From an uncultured Verrucomicrobiae bacterium (GTDB lineage Bacteria > Verrucomicrobiota > Verrucomicrobiia > Chthoniobacterales > JAATET01): a DNA stretch of 64,000 nt. Position 1 is the first letter of the stretch. Every line of letters begins with the position of its first letter. Both the position numbers and the translations under genes were made by a program. The notes beneath the pieces are model-generated. The model searched no databases. It was given only the letters and a program-made list of their open reading frames with translations, and was not told the origin of the DNA. The stretch covers positions 672,001-736,000 of the forward strand of contig CAVRCI010000002.1 in the NCBI GenBank assembly GCA_963719495.1. The letters run 5' to 3'. Positions 18,921-28,529 of this stretch are shown here, in pieces.

Positions 18921-20168
18921 GTGCAATCACCTCTACCGGCGTCGGACCCTCGAAAAGGCGGTCCCTTTCTCGATGTCAGAATGCCCGATCACCCGGCGCG
19001 GCGTCCGGAGGTGATCGCCGCGGCGGTGCGCGTGCTGGAGACCGGGGACTGGACACGGCTCGAGGGGGCACCGGAAACGGAGGCGGCGCTGCGGGAGTAT
19101 CACGGCGGGGGTGAGGCGTGGTTCGTGGCTTCGGGGACGGCGGCGCTGGAAGCGATCCTGCTCGGTCACGGGATCGGGCCGGGGGACGAAGTGGTGACGA
19201 CGCCCTACACGTGGGGCGCGACGGTCTCCAGCATACTGGCCATCGGCGCGGTGCCGGTCTTTGCCGACATCGACCGGACGACCGGGCTGATCGACGTCGC
19301 GAGCGTGGCTGGCGTCATCACGTCGCGGACCCGGGCGATCCTGGCGGTCCATCTGTTTGGGCATCCGTGCGACGCGGTGGCGCTGCGGAAGCTGGCGGAC
19401 GAGCGGGGAATCTCGTTTTTCGAGGATGGCAGCCAGGCGCACGGGGCGCGGTTGCACGGGGACCGTATGGGGCGCTTCGGGCACGCGTCGGCGTTCAGTT
19501 GCATGGCCATGAAGCTGCTCGGCGGGACGGAGGGTGGCTACGCGCTCTTCGAGGATCGCGCGGCGGCGGAGCGGGCATATCTGCACGGCAAACATCCCCG
19601 CGGTCTCGATGCGGAGGCGCGGGAAAGGCTGGAAGCGCGGGGGCTACTGGATTCGCTGCAACTCGGCTGGCGGCCGAGTGCGGTGAGCGCGGCGCTGGTC
19701 GGGGCGGCGCTCCCGTTTCTCGACGGGGAGATCACGGCACGGCGGGCGAACGCCGCGCGGCTCCGCGCGAACCTGGCGGACGAAGCCGCGATCTCCATGC
19801 CGCCCGAACTGCCGGGCGCGGCGGGCTGCTATCATCTGCTCTCGCTCTTGTACAACGCCGACGTGTCGGGCGTGAGTCGGGAGGAATACGTTCGGAGGAT
19901 CAACGCGCGCGGGGCGGGGGCGTTCATCTACATTCCGACGCCGATCCATCGATTGCACCGACTGAACCCCGTAGGCTACGAGGGGCCCCGCGTCTTCTGG
20001 CACGATCAACTCGAGCGCGCGGGAGTCGATTACCGCGAGACCCAATGCCCGAACGCGGAATGGCGGAGCGCAAATGCTATCGAGTTTGGGTTCAATTGGA
20101 CCGTCGAAAATCCCGCCGCGATGGACCAACTCGCCGACGTGCTGAAGTGGTGCCTGCTTCGGGACTGA
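18921..20168 (+). CDS. DegT/DnrJ/EryC1/StrS family PLP-dependent sugar aminotransferase
   Basis: SGTAALEA..GIGPGDEV, VHLFGHPCD, EDGSQAHGA, FSCMAMKLLGGTEGG (PLP lysine). Confidence 0.93.
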   Translation: MQSPLPASDPRKGGPFLDVRMPDHPARRPEVIAAAVRVLETGDWTRLEGAPETEAALREYHGGGEAWFVASGTAALEAILLGHGIGPGDEVVTTPYTWGATVSSILAIGAVPVFADIDRTTGLIDVASVAGVITSRTRAILAVHLFGHPCDAVALRKLADERGISFFEDGSQAHGARLHGDRMGRFGHASAFSCMAMKLLGGTEGGYALFEDRAAAERAYLHGKHPRGLDAEARERLEARGLLDSLQLGWRPSAVSAALVGAALPFLDGEITARRANAARLRANLADEAAISMPPELPGAAGCYHLLSLLYNADVSGVSREEYVRRINARGAGAFIYIPTPIHRLHRLNPVGYEGPRVFWHDQLERAGVDYRETQCPNAEWRSANAIEFGFNWTVENPAAMDQLADVLKWCLLRD

Positions 20169-20215
20169 CGTCGTCGCGGTCGTGATCGCCGGTTGGGTTT
20201 CGACGCTTCGCTCGA

Positions 20216-23200
20216 TCAGTCCCGACTGACTTCGAGGCGGAAGAAGAGTCGATCGCCGGGAGCTGGGGTCGGCACGGTGACTTGCAGGACGTCCGCGTCG
20301 GTGTCGCCGGCACTGAGGATCGGCGTCGGGGTGGTCGTGATCTCGCTCCAGCTCCCGGGAGCGAGGGCTGTCGACATCCAGACCTTGCGGGTCACCCCGA
20401 AGTTGCCTTTGCGCCAACGGAATTCGAACGTCGAGTTGGCCCCATCCACTCGGGCGGCGAAGGGTGTGATCAGACCGCGCGATCCGAGCGGATCGGTGGC
20501 CTGAGCGAACTCGAGCAGGTTCACCCGGCCATTTGAGTTCGCGTCGAAGGAGTCCGCCGCGACGCCGGAGTTTTCCGTGGTGCCGAATTGGTCGAGCCGC
20601 CACTGGTCGATCCGCGACGGACTCGTCGACCCCAGCACGCTCACGCTGTCGATGGCCATGTCGCCGGCAAAATTCGGGCCGGTCACCCCGCGGAAACGCA
20701 CTTTGGCTGGACCACCGAGGTAGGCGTCGAGCGGGACGGAGTGCTTCCGCCACGCGGCCGTCTGGCTCGCCTGCTGTTGTCCCACGATGGTGTCGACGGA
20801 GTTGTGCCAGGTCCCGTCGGCGAAGACGTCGACGTGCAGCGTGCCGGTGTCGGAACCGAACAGGTGGTAGTAGAACTCGAGGCTGGCTGCGGACAGACCG
20901 GCGAGATCGAAGGTGGGCGAGATCAGGTCCGCGCGCTTGCTCGAGAAATTCGGGTCGGAGGCTTCCGTGTAGAGATACGTGCCGGTGGCGGAGCCTTCGG
21001 AATGGTCGACGGTCGGCCCGGTCCCGCTCGACGGCGTGTCGCCCGCGTTGACGGTCCAATCGAAATCGGTGCCCGTCCCGTTCGACCATCCGTTCCCGTC
21101 GCCCACCGCCGGGAAATTCTCGAAGTCTTCGCTCAGCAGGATTTCGTCGTCGAGGATCTCGAAGGTGATCGTCGAAGGCGTGCCCAGGTCGTATTCGAGC
21201 GCGTCCGGGTTGATCGTGACGATGATCGTCTCGGCTCCTTCGCCGAGCGTGTCGTCGACCGCCCGCACGGTGAGCCGCGCGCTGGTCGCGCCCGCGGGGA
21301 TCGTGACGACGGCTGCGCCGCTCGCGGTGTCGAACGAATCGGCCCCGGTGACGTTGTAATCGGCGCCGGCGGTCGCCTCCCCGGTGAAGGCGAGAGCGAA
21401 GGTCTCCGGCGAGTCGAGCCCGGTGATCCCAGAGCGGGTGACCGTGACGGTCGCGGCGGTGGCGCCAGCCTCGGCGGCCGTTCCGGAACTGGCGAGCGCG
21501 AGGGTCGGCTTGTCGTTGTCGGTGATCCGCACGGAGATCGGTGGCGGCGTCACACCGGAGAAATTCGATGCCGTCGAACTCACGAGCGCAAATCCGACGT
21601 CCTGAAGGTGATCGCCCTCCTTCGAGTCGTCGTCGACCGCCGAGACGCTCACGGATCGCGGCACGTCGTAATTGCTGGCGTCGAAGGTGACGAAGTCCGG
21701 CGAGAAGGCGAGTTGGCCACCGCCGTCGAGCGTGACGGTGACGGTCGCGCCGTTGGTCGGTTGCACGGTGAGGTTCACTTCGAGCGAGTCGGTCGGGCCG
21801 CCTTCGACTACCCGCGTCGCGGCGTCGGTCTCGGCCACGAACAGGCGCGCGATGGTCGGCGGGGCCTCGACGATTTGGATGCCGGCGATGCCGACGTAGT
21901 TGAGGGCACCGCTGTCCGTGTGAAGCCCCCGGACCGTGATCCCCGGCGCGTAGATCCCGCGGAACACCACGTAGTTTCCGAGCAGTCTCTGGATTTGCGC
22001 CTCGTCGCTGGTGTAGTTGCCGAGCGTCGTCGCCGTGGACTCGCGGAAGCCGGTGAACTCGCCGTAGTTGGAATAATCGACGGCCGTGGAGCCCGAGGTG
22101 ACAGTGCGGGCGTTCATTCCAAAGCGCGGCGACGGAGTGGGTCCGAGCGTCGGGGTGAGCGTGATCTGGTGCGGACGCGTGCTGGAATTCGCGTTTTCGA
22201 GGCCTTCGAAATACACGAACACGTCGTATTCTGAGTAGGGGATGTCGGTCACGGTAATCGACGGCCCGGCCTGGTCGGCCCGACCGTCGAGCACGCCGCG
22301 CATCAGGCGTCCGGCGGGCGTGCTGATGTCGGCGGTGCTCGTGCCCCTGGCGAATTGATCGCTCGCGGCGGTGTACCACGTCACGTCCGCCGCGGTCGCG
22401 GCCCCGTCACTGTTCACGAGGTCGAGCACCGTGCCGTTGAGTCCCCTTCTCTCGTTGCTGTCGAGGTTGTTCCAATTGGCCGCCGGATACACCGCACCGA
22501 CCAGTGCGGTGGGCGGGATCGTCGCGTCGGCGGTGGCCGCCTTGCCGAAGAAGTTGAGTCCAAGACCGCGTCGGACAGCCGACGGAACGACACTCACGTT
22601 GACGGCGATGGATTGCGTCCGCTGGCCGACGGCGTCGTAGGCGACGGCCGTGAGCGCGTGGCCGCCGATGGGCGCGGTCGTCCAGTTGAACGTGTGCGGG
22701 GCCGTCGTGGATTGGCCGAGGTAGAGGCTCCCCGCGAAGAACGATACTTTCGTGACGCCGTCCGCGTCGCTCGCCGATGCCGAGATGGAGATCGGACTGC
22801 CGAGTGGGAATTCCGCGGCGGGTGTCGGGGCGGTGACGGTGACGACCGGCGCGGAGTTGCCCGAGTAGTCACGTTGCTTCAGCGCACTGGCGGGCACGGC
22901 GGTGCGGACGTTGCCAATGGCGTTGGCGCGCCAATCGAGGGCAAGCTCCTCGCTACCGGCGAGATGGAAAAACCCGATGGCGATGGGGTGCAGCCCCGCC
23001 TTCAGAGCGATGGAAGCCGAGGCTTCGTCGGCACTGCTTCTGACCCCGTCGCTGTTGATGAGAAGCTGACCGGCCACCGTCAGCGCGGCCCCGTCTTCGT
23101 TGCGGAGGTAGAACGTATAAACGTCGTCGCTCGGCACGGAAATAAACCCGCGGTAGGAGAAGGCGAAGTCGTCGTTGCGGAGGCGCGGGGCGATGGAAAC

Positions 23201-25603
23201 CGTGGAAACCGTGCCGCTCGCAACCGGGAGGAGTTGCTCGAAATTCGGAAGGTTGGAGAAAGACTGCTCGTAGTAATCGTATCGCAGGCCACCGATCGTC
23301 GCGCCGGGAATGACGGGGTCGTAAACCGGCTGGTTGCCGACGTTGATGAACTGACTGGCCGAGGCGGTCCCGCCCTTGCCGTCACTCACGGTGACAACCG
23401 CCTCCTGGAAGCCCGCCGAGGAGAAGGCGTGCGTGAGGACGGCGGCGTTGTTGAAGCCGTAGCTGCCGTCGCCGAAGGTGAACGAATAGGCCAGCGGATC
23501 ACCGTTGGGGTCGGAGGCGGTGGTGGTGAAAGTGATCGCTTCGCCGGGCGCGGCGGTGGTCTTCGACGCGGCGAGACCCACGGTCGGGGGCTGGTTGCCG
23601 GCGAAGTTTCCGACGTTCACGACGACGTCCATGTATTCGTGGGTCACGCCGCCGTCGACGAGGCTGCCACGGGAGATCGGAGTGACGTGGACGGCACCGA
23701 GGAGGCTGGTGCCATTGAGGTCGGCGGGCTCGCTGTAGGTGCGACCGACGAGGAGAGCGCCGTCGTCGCGATCGCTGGTCCCGAGCTTCGAGCCGGGCGT
23801 CGTGTCGAGAAAGTGGCTGCCGTCGTTGTTCCCGCCATTCGCCGAGACTTGGTCGGAATGCAGTTCCAACGCGTTTCGGTTCCAGTCCGAGCGCCCGGAA
23901 CCGCCGTTGGTTCCCCCGTCGTGGCGCAGGCTGAACATCAGATATTTCGACACCGACGACGTGCCGGTGATGGGAATCTTGAGCGCGCGGGCGCGGGTCG
24001 CGGGTTTGTCGGCCTCCCCCTCGGTGAGATCGAAGACGCGATAAGTACCGCTGGTCGTCACCTCAGTGATGTCACCATCCGGAGTGTAGAGGAATCCAAA
24101 GCGCTCCTTAAACAAGGGGTTGAACGAGCCGCTGCCGCCCATGATGCAGGCTCCGTCGCCGTATTCCGTGTGGCTGCCCGAGCTGTTACGCGGGATCGAG
24201 TTGTCGCCAACCCAGAAATTGGCGTGACTGACGCCCCAATTGTGACCCCACTCGTGGCGGGCGGTCCCACTCCCGAGATTGGTCCCCGACCACGAGAAAT
24301 TGCCGCCGACGTAAGCCAGCCCGGTCGAATCGATCAGCTTGGACTTGGCGACCACCACCCAGCGGTCGAAGCGGTCGGGGTCCTTCGGACCGTTGTTCGT
24401 CCAATCACCACCCTGCGCCTCCACCGCCGCCTTGGCGTCCGCCCGCAACGAGCCGAAGCTGTTTTTGTATTCCTGGACGGTCTTCGGGATCGGCAGTTCC
24501 ACCGTCACGACCAGCGTGTCCACCACCCCGAACGAGTCTTCCTTCGGGCCAAACCACGTCTGCTTGTAGCTCTCGTTGTAATACCACTGCGAACTGCTGT
24601 TGACACCGGCGATCGTCGAGGTGTGGGTCGGCACGGACGCCCCGTAGGCCTCTCCGTCGCTGGGGCGCACGACCATCAACATCACCGTCTTCGGGCCGAG
24701 CTGGTGGCTATTTCTCCCGGTGTATTGATTGTAGGCCGCGGTCGGCGGACTGGCACCGGTCGGTGGCGTCCCGGGGTCGAACACAAGGCCCCGCGCGGTG
24801 ATCCCGTCGGCATCCGCGTCGGGTGCCGCAGTTTGCTCGGCGATCCACGCCGCGCGTTGCTGCTCGGATTCGAAGACGGCGATGTCACCATTATGAATCA
24901 CGGCCAGTTCACCGGGTCCGGCTGTTTCGGTGGTGCCAGGCGGAAGAAAGCCCCGCGTCACCGGCACGGCGGCGTCTTCGTGGAGCGCGAGATGTCCGTC
25001 GAGCGCGACGCCGAAGATCGAGGCATTCTCGGTCGTGAGTTGGGCCAGGCGGCTCCCGTAGGTGTGGGCGGTGAAGAACCGACCGTCGATGCCGACCTCG
25101 CGCTTGACGTGCGATCGGTGGTCGACCGAGGGATCCTCGCTTTCCGACGCGCCATGCAGGTGGCAAATACTCAGGACTCCGAAGAATCCTTCGCCCGTCA
25201 CGATCTCCTCGAGCTGGGCGACAACTTCGGTCGGGAGTGCGGCGCGGGTCGCGGGAGAGACCATCGCCGCGAGTGCCTGCTCGGGATCGGTCTGGATGAG
25301 TCGGGCCATGGCCTCGCGGCGCGCGACGGCGAGTGCCACGCCGCGCTGCACGAGATTGGCGCGTTCGTCGCGGGGAGCCGCGAGGTAGGTTTGCGTCCAA
25401 TCCCGAAAAGGATCGGATGTCGCCGCCCGCCCTGGCGTCGCGCTCACGTTGGCCGCCGACTGCGCGGGAGCTTCGATTCGCTCCGCTCGCTCCGTCGGAT
25501 TCGCCGGTTTGCTCTCGTCGGGGCGATCCATCGCCATTCGCCCGGCAACGAGCAGGAACACGAGTAGAATCAAAGCCGAAGTGAGCAGGAGAAAACGCTT
25601 CAT
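20216..25603 (-). CDS. Giant secreted zinc metalloprotease (M11/metzincin-like) with PKD, PA14, Ig-like, Calx-beta-like and MAM domains
   Basis: Start MKRFLLL at 25603; HEWGHNWGVSH zinc motif, EYGD..CIMG Met-turn; PA14 (DDFAFSYRGFISVP); MAM (FDWTVNAGDTPSSGTGPTVDH..YLYTEAS). Confidence 0.85.
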   Translation of the reverse strand: MKRFLLLTSALILLVFLLVAGRMAMDRPDESKPANPTERAERIEAPAQSAANVSATPGRAATSDPFRDWTQTYLAAPRDERANLVQRGVALAVARREAMARLIQTDPEQALAAMVSPATRAALPTEVVAQLEEIVTGEGFFGVLSICHLHGASESEDPSVDHRSHVKREVGIDGRFFTAHTYGSRLAQLTTENASIFGVALDGHLALHEDAAVPVTRGFLPPGTTETAGPGELAVIHNGDIAVFESEQQRAAWIAEQTAAPDADADGITARGLVFDPGTPPTGASPPTAAYNQYTGRNSHQLGPKTVMLMVVRPSDGEAYGASVPTHTSTIAGVNSSSQWYYNESYKQTWFGPKEDSFGVVDTLVVTVELPIPKTVQEYKNSFGSLRADAKAAVEAQGGDWTNNGPKDPDRFDRWVVVAKSKLIDSTGLAYVGGNFSWSGTNLGSGTARHEWGHNWGVSHANFWVGDNSIPRNSSGSHTEYGDGACIMGGSGSFNPLFKERFGFLYTPDGDITEVTTSGTYRVFDLTEGEADKPATRARALKIPITGTSSVSKYLMFSLRHDGGTNGGSGRSDWNRNALELHSDQVSANGGNNDGSHFLDTTPGSKLGTSDRDDGALLVGRTYSEPADLNGTSLLGAVHVTPISRGSLVDGGVTHEYMDVVVNVGNFAGNQPPTVGLAASKTTAAPGEAITFTTTASDPNGDPLAYSFTFGDGSYGFNNAAVLTHAFSSAGFQEAVVTVSDGKGGTASASQFINVGNQPVYDPVIPGATIGGLRYDYYEQSFSNLPNFEQLLPVASGTVSTVSIAPRLRNDDFAFSYRGFISVPSDDVYTFYLRNEDGAALTVAGQLLINSDGVRSSADEASASIALKAGLHPIAIGFFHLAGSEELALDWRANAIGNVRTAVPASALKQRDYSGNSAPVVTVTAPTPAAEFPLGSPISISASASDADGVTKVSFFAGSLYLGQSTTAPHTFNWTTAPIGGHALTAVAYDAVGQRTQSIAVNVSVVPSAVRRGLGLNFFGKAATADATIPPTALVGAVYPAANWNNLDSNERRGLNGTVLDLVNSDGAATAADVTWYTAASDQFARGTSTADISTPAGRLMRGVLDGRADQAGPSITVTDIPYSEYDVFVYFEGLENANSSTRPHQITLTPTLGPTPSPRFGMNARTVTSGSTAVDYSNYGEFTGFRESTATTLGNYTSDEAQIQRLLGNYVVFRGIYAPGITVRGLHTDSGALNYVGIAGIQIVEAPPTIARLFVAETDAATRVVEGGPTDSLEVNLTVQPTNGATVTVTLDGGGQLAFSPDFVTFDASNYDVPRSVSVSAVDDDSKEGDHLQDVGFALVSSTASNFSGVTPPPISVRITDNDKPTLALASSGTAAEAGATAATVTVTRSGITGLDSPETFALAFTGEATAGADYNVTGADSFDTASGAAVVTIPAGATSARLTVRAVDDTLGEGAETIIVTINPDALEYDLGTPSTITFEILDDEILLSEDFENFPAVGDGNGWSNGTGTDFDWTVNAGDTPSSGTGPTVDHSEGSATGTYLYTEASDPNFSSKRADLISPTFDLAGLSAASLEFYYHLFGSDTGTLHVDVFADGTWHNSVDTIVGQQQASQTAAWRKHSVPLDAYLGGPAKVRFRGVTGPNFAGDMAIDSVSVLGSTSPSRIDQWRLDQFGTTENSGVAADSFDANSNGRVNLLEFAQATDPLGSRGLITPFAARVDGANSTFEFRWRKGNFGVTRKVWMSTALAPGSWSEITTTPTPILSAGDTDADVLQVTVPTPAPGDRLFFRLEVSRD

Positions 25604-25690
25604 GAATTGGGGAGGGGAGGCGGCGAAGAGGGCGGGGTGTGCCAACAGCCACGATTGCCCCGCAGTTTCACCATGTCAAAAGCGGGCGAC

Positions 25691-25704
25691 TTTTACCCGT
25701 AGAA
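25691..25704. promoter_or_regulatory. Putative operator TTTTACCCGTAGAA
   Basis: Palindrome copy in a divergent intergenic region. Confidence 0.65.
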
Positions 25705-25743
25705 CTGTCAAGGCGCGGGGAAGTCCGTGCCCGGTCCACCGGA

Positions 25744-25757
25744 TTCTACACGTACAA
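25744..25757. promoter_or_regulatory. Putative operator TTCTACACGTACAA
   Basis: Second palindrome copy, 53 bp from the first. Confidence 0.7.
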
Positions 25758-25802
25758 TTCCAAGCCGCTTGATCGCGACGCGGATTCCGCCATCGTCGCC
25801 CG

Positions 25803-27236
25803 ATGCGTCCGCTCCTTTCTCTTGCCGTCCTCCTTGCCGTCCCGACCGGTGCCTTCGCCGTCCCCTCGGAACCGAACCAGAGCGGGCCGCTCCAGGTGCT
25901 CGCCGCCGGTTGGCTCGGCGGCTCCGGCAACGAGGAATTGGTCGACACCGCGATCCTGCCGGATGGGCGGATCCTCCTCGCCGGCAACGGCGAGTTGCTG
26001 GAACAACCCGGCGTGACCGCGACCGCACTCGGCGGCGAGTCCGAGGGTGGCGGCGATGGATTTGTGGCGATGCTCTCGCCCGACGGCGGCGAGATGGTCG
26101 CGCTGCTGACGATGCCGGCCGAGGCGAAGAAGCTGGCGCTCGACTCGGCGGGGAATCTTTACGTGTTGGGAGACGCGTCTTCCAAAGTCGAGATCGGCGG
26201 CACGACGGGCGAGGGCACGTTCATCACGCGGGTGGCGATGGACGGTAGGAGCGAGGCGTGGACGATGTTCGAACCCAAGGTCATGGACTTCGGAATCGAC
26301 GGAAACGGCGACGTCGTGGTCCTCAAAAAAGCGCTCCTGAAGCGATTCCGCGACGGCAAGGAAGTCTGGGAGGCAAAGTGGAAATCCTACGGCGACAACC
26401 GTCCCGCCGGCATGGCGATCTCGCCGCAAACGGGTGAGGTGGCCGTGTCGGGATACGGAATGACGCATACCGGGCGCGAACCGTGGAAGGATCCCTACGC
26501 TTACGGTTTCGACCGGGACGGCAAGGAGATCTGGGCTCTGTGGAATCCAAACCCAAAGGAGCAGGTGGACGCCAAATACGGCGGAACGGGTCTCATGGCC
26601 GACTCGATGGGTGAGTTCCTCGCGACGACCGAAAGCGGCGAATTCCTGCTCGGACTGCGTGCCGACGGCGGAAACACGGTCCTCGGCAAAAATCCGCACG
26701 ACGAAACCAAGCCGCTCGAGAAGGTTCTCGACGATGTGTTTCAGAAGGGGCCGGGTCACGGCTTCAAGGGCGCGAGTGGCACGAGCGTGATCTTCCGCGC
26801 CAACGCGAAGTCGGGGGATCTCCAGAAGGGGACATTCATGTCGGCCTGGCTCACGCCGCAGCGGGCGAATACGCTGTTCGTCAAGGACGCGGCGGGTGAC
26901 TCGCGGGGCCGGGTCTTCGTCGTCGGCGACAGTGCGTCGGGGATGCCGGTGGAGAAAGGTTGGTGGGAGGCCCCGGAGGGCGGGTACTTGGGCGGTGGAT
27001 TTCTCGCGGTGTTCGACCGGGATTTCAAACGGCTGCAGTCCGGCTACTTTCCGCACTCGTCGATACTGACCACCGCCGAACGCGGTGGAATCGTCGTGAT
27101 CGCCGGCAGCGCGAAGGAAAACGGCACGGCGGGTGACAGCGGCGTCAACTATCCCTCGCCGACCTACAAGCCGGTGCAGGAGAGCTTCGGCGGCGGGGAG
27201 CGGGACGGTTATTACGTTGTTTTCAAGGTCAAGTGA
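25803..27236 (+). CDS. Secreted hypothetical protein, probable beta-propeller
   Basis: Signal peptide; repeated blade-like motifs (LGGSGNEE, GGGDGFVAML, LALDSAGNLYVLG, GGGERDGYYVVF). Confidence 0.65.
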   Translation: MRPLLSLAVLLAVPTGAFAVPSEPNQSGPLQVLAAGWLGGSGNEELVDTAILPDGRILLAGNGELLEQPGVTATALGGESEGGGDGFVAMLSPDGGEMVALLTMPAEAKKLALDSAGNLYVLGDASSKVEIGGTTGEGTFITRVAMDGRSEAWTMFEPKVMDFGIDGNGDVVVLKKALLKRFRDGKEVWEAKWKSYGDNRPAGMAISPQTGEVAVSGYGMTHTGREPWKDPYAYGFDRDGKEIWALWNPNPKEQVDAKYGGTGLMADSMGEFLATTESGEFLLGLRADGGNTVLGKNPHDETKPLEKVLDDVFQKGPGHGFKGASGTSVIFRANAKSGDLQKGTFMSAWLTPQRANTLFVKDAAGDSRGRVFVVGDSASGMPVEKGWWEAPEGGYLGGGFLAVFDRDFKRLQSGYFPHSSILTTAERGGIVVIAGSAKENGTAGDSGVNYPSPTYKPVQESFGGGERDGYYVVFKVK

Positions 27237-28468
27237 TGACGATTCCGCCACGCATCCAAACTTACGAGAAGCTCGGTTACGGGCTGTTCCTGCACTGGGG
27301 TCTCTACTCGCAACTGGCGGGCGGAGAATGGGCGATGGAATACCGCGGGATCCCGCGCGCGGAATACGCGCGGCTCGCCGATGAATTCACTGCCGAAAAG
27401 TTCGACGCCCGCGCGATCGCGCGATTCGCGAAGGACGCCGGTTTTCGCTACGCGTGCCTGACCACGCGGCACCACGACGGATTCTCGCTCTACGATACCC
27501 GGGGGCTGAACGACTTCGACGCGCCGCACAGTCCGGCCGGTCGCGATCTGGTCGCGGAATTTACGGACGCGTGTCGTGCCGAGGGCCTGGCGGTTTTTTT
27601 CTACCACACCACGCTCGACTGGCGCGACGAGCGCTTCGATGCCGACTGGGACGGCTACCTCCAATACCTGCGGGATTCCGTGGAGATCCTGCTCACGCAC
27701 TACGGTCGCGTGGACGGGCTGTGGTTCGACGGCAACTGGGCGCGGCCCGAGCGCGATTGGCAGGAGGATGCGCTCTACGACCTCATCCGCGCCCGGCAGC
27801 CCGACTGCGTGATTGTCAACAATTCCAGCGTCAAGGCGCTCGGCGCGCTGGGTCACCCCGAGGTCGACGTCCTCACCTTCGAGCAGGGTCAGCCGCGCGC
27901 GCTCGACCGGACCGGTCACCCCCGCTACCTCGCCGCGGAAATGTGCGAGACCATCAACAGCCACTGGGGCGCGGCGGACGGCGACTTTTCCGCGAAGAGT
28001 CCGGCCACGCTCATCCGCACGCTCGCGGCCTGCCGGGGTGCCGGTGCGAACCTTCTGCTCAACATCGGGCCGAACGCCGACGGGTCCCTGCCCGGCTACG
28101 AGATGGAAACGCTGCGGCTCGTGGGTCGCTGGATCGAAGGCTGTGGCGAGGCGCTCTATCGCGGGCGTCCGGCGGATGGCGTGCGCGCGAGCGGCGGCAA
28201 TGTCGTGCTCGCGGACGGGGACGAGTTCCTCTGTTTCGTCCATGACCTCCCGATCCACGGCAACCTCCATCTCGGCGCGGACAGCGCGGTCGGCTTGCAC
28301 GCTATCGAAGGGAAACTCCCGAAGGTCAGGCGGATCGAATGGACCGATACCGGCGAAGAACTCAAGTTCTCGCAGGACGCGGAGCGGGAGATCCTAACGT
28401 TCCGCGCGACCCCCTTTCCCTACGGAAACCAGCGAATCGTCCGCGCCGCACGGATCGTGACCGGATAG
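27233..28468 (+). CDS. Alpha-L-fucosidase family GH29
   Basis: YGLFLHWGLYS, TTRHHDGFSLY, LWFDGNW, NLLLNIGP motifs. Confidence 0.93.
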   Translation: MMTIPPRIQTYEKLGYGLFLHWGLYSQLAGGEWAMEYRGIPRAEYARLADEFTAEKFDARAIARFAKDAGFRYACLTTRHHDGFSLYDTRGLNDFDAPHSPAGRDLVAEFTDACRAEGLAVFFYHTTLDWRDERFDADWDGYLQYLRDSVEILLTHYGRVDGLWFDGNWARPERDWQEDALYDLIRARQPDCVIVNNSSVKALGALGHPEVDVLTFEQGQPRALDRTGHPRYLAAEMCETINSHWGAADGDFSAKSPATLIRTLAACRGAGANLLLNIGPNADGSLPGYEMETLRLVGRWIEGCGEALYRGRPADGVRASGGNVVLADGDEFLCFVHDLPIHGNLHLGADSAVGLHAIEGKLPKVRRIEWTDTGEELKFSQDAEREILTFRATPFPYGNQRIVRAARIVTG

Positions 28469-28529
28469 CGTACCAATCTACCGGGCGAGCGGGAACGGCG
28501 AAGAGCATTTCGCATGAAGGCGGAGGCAG

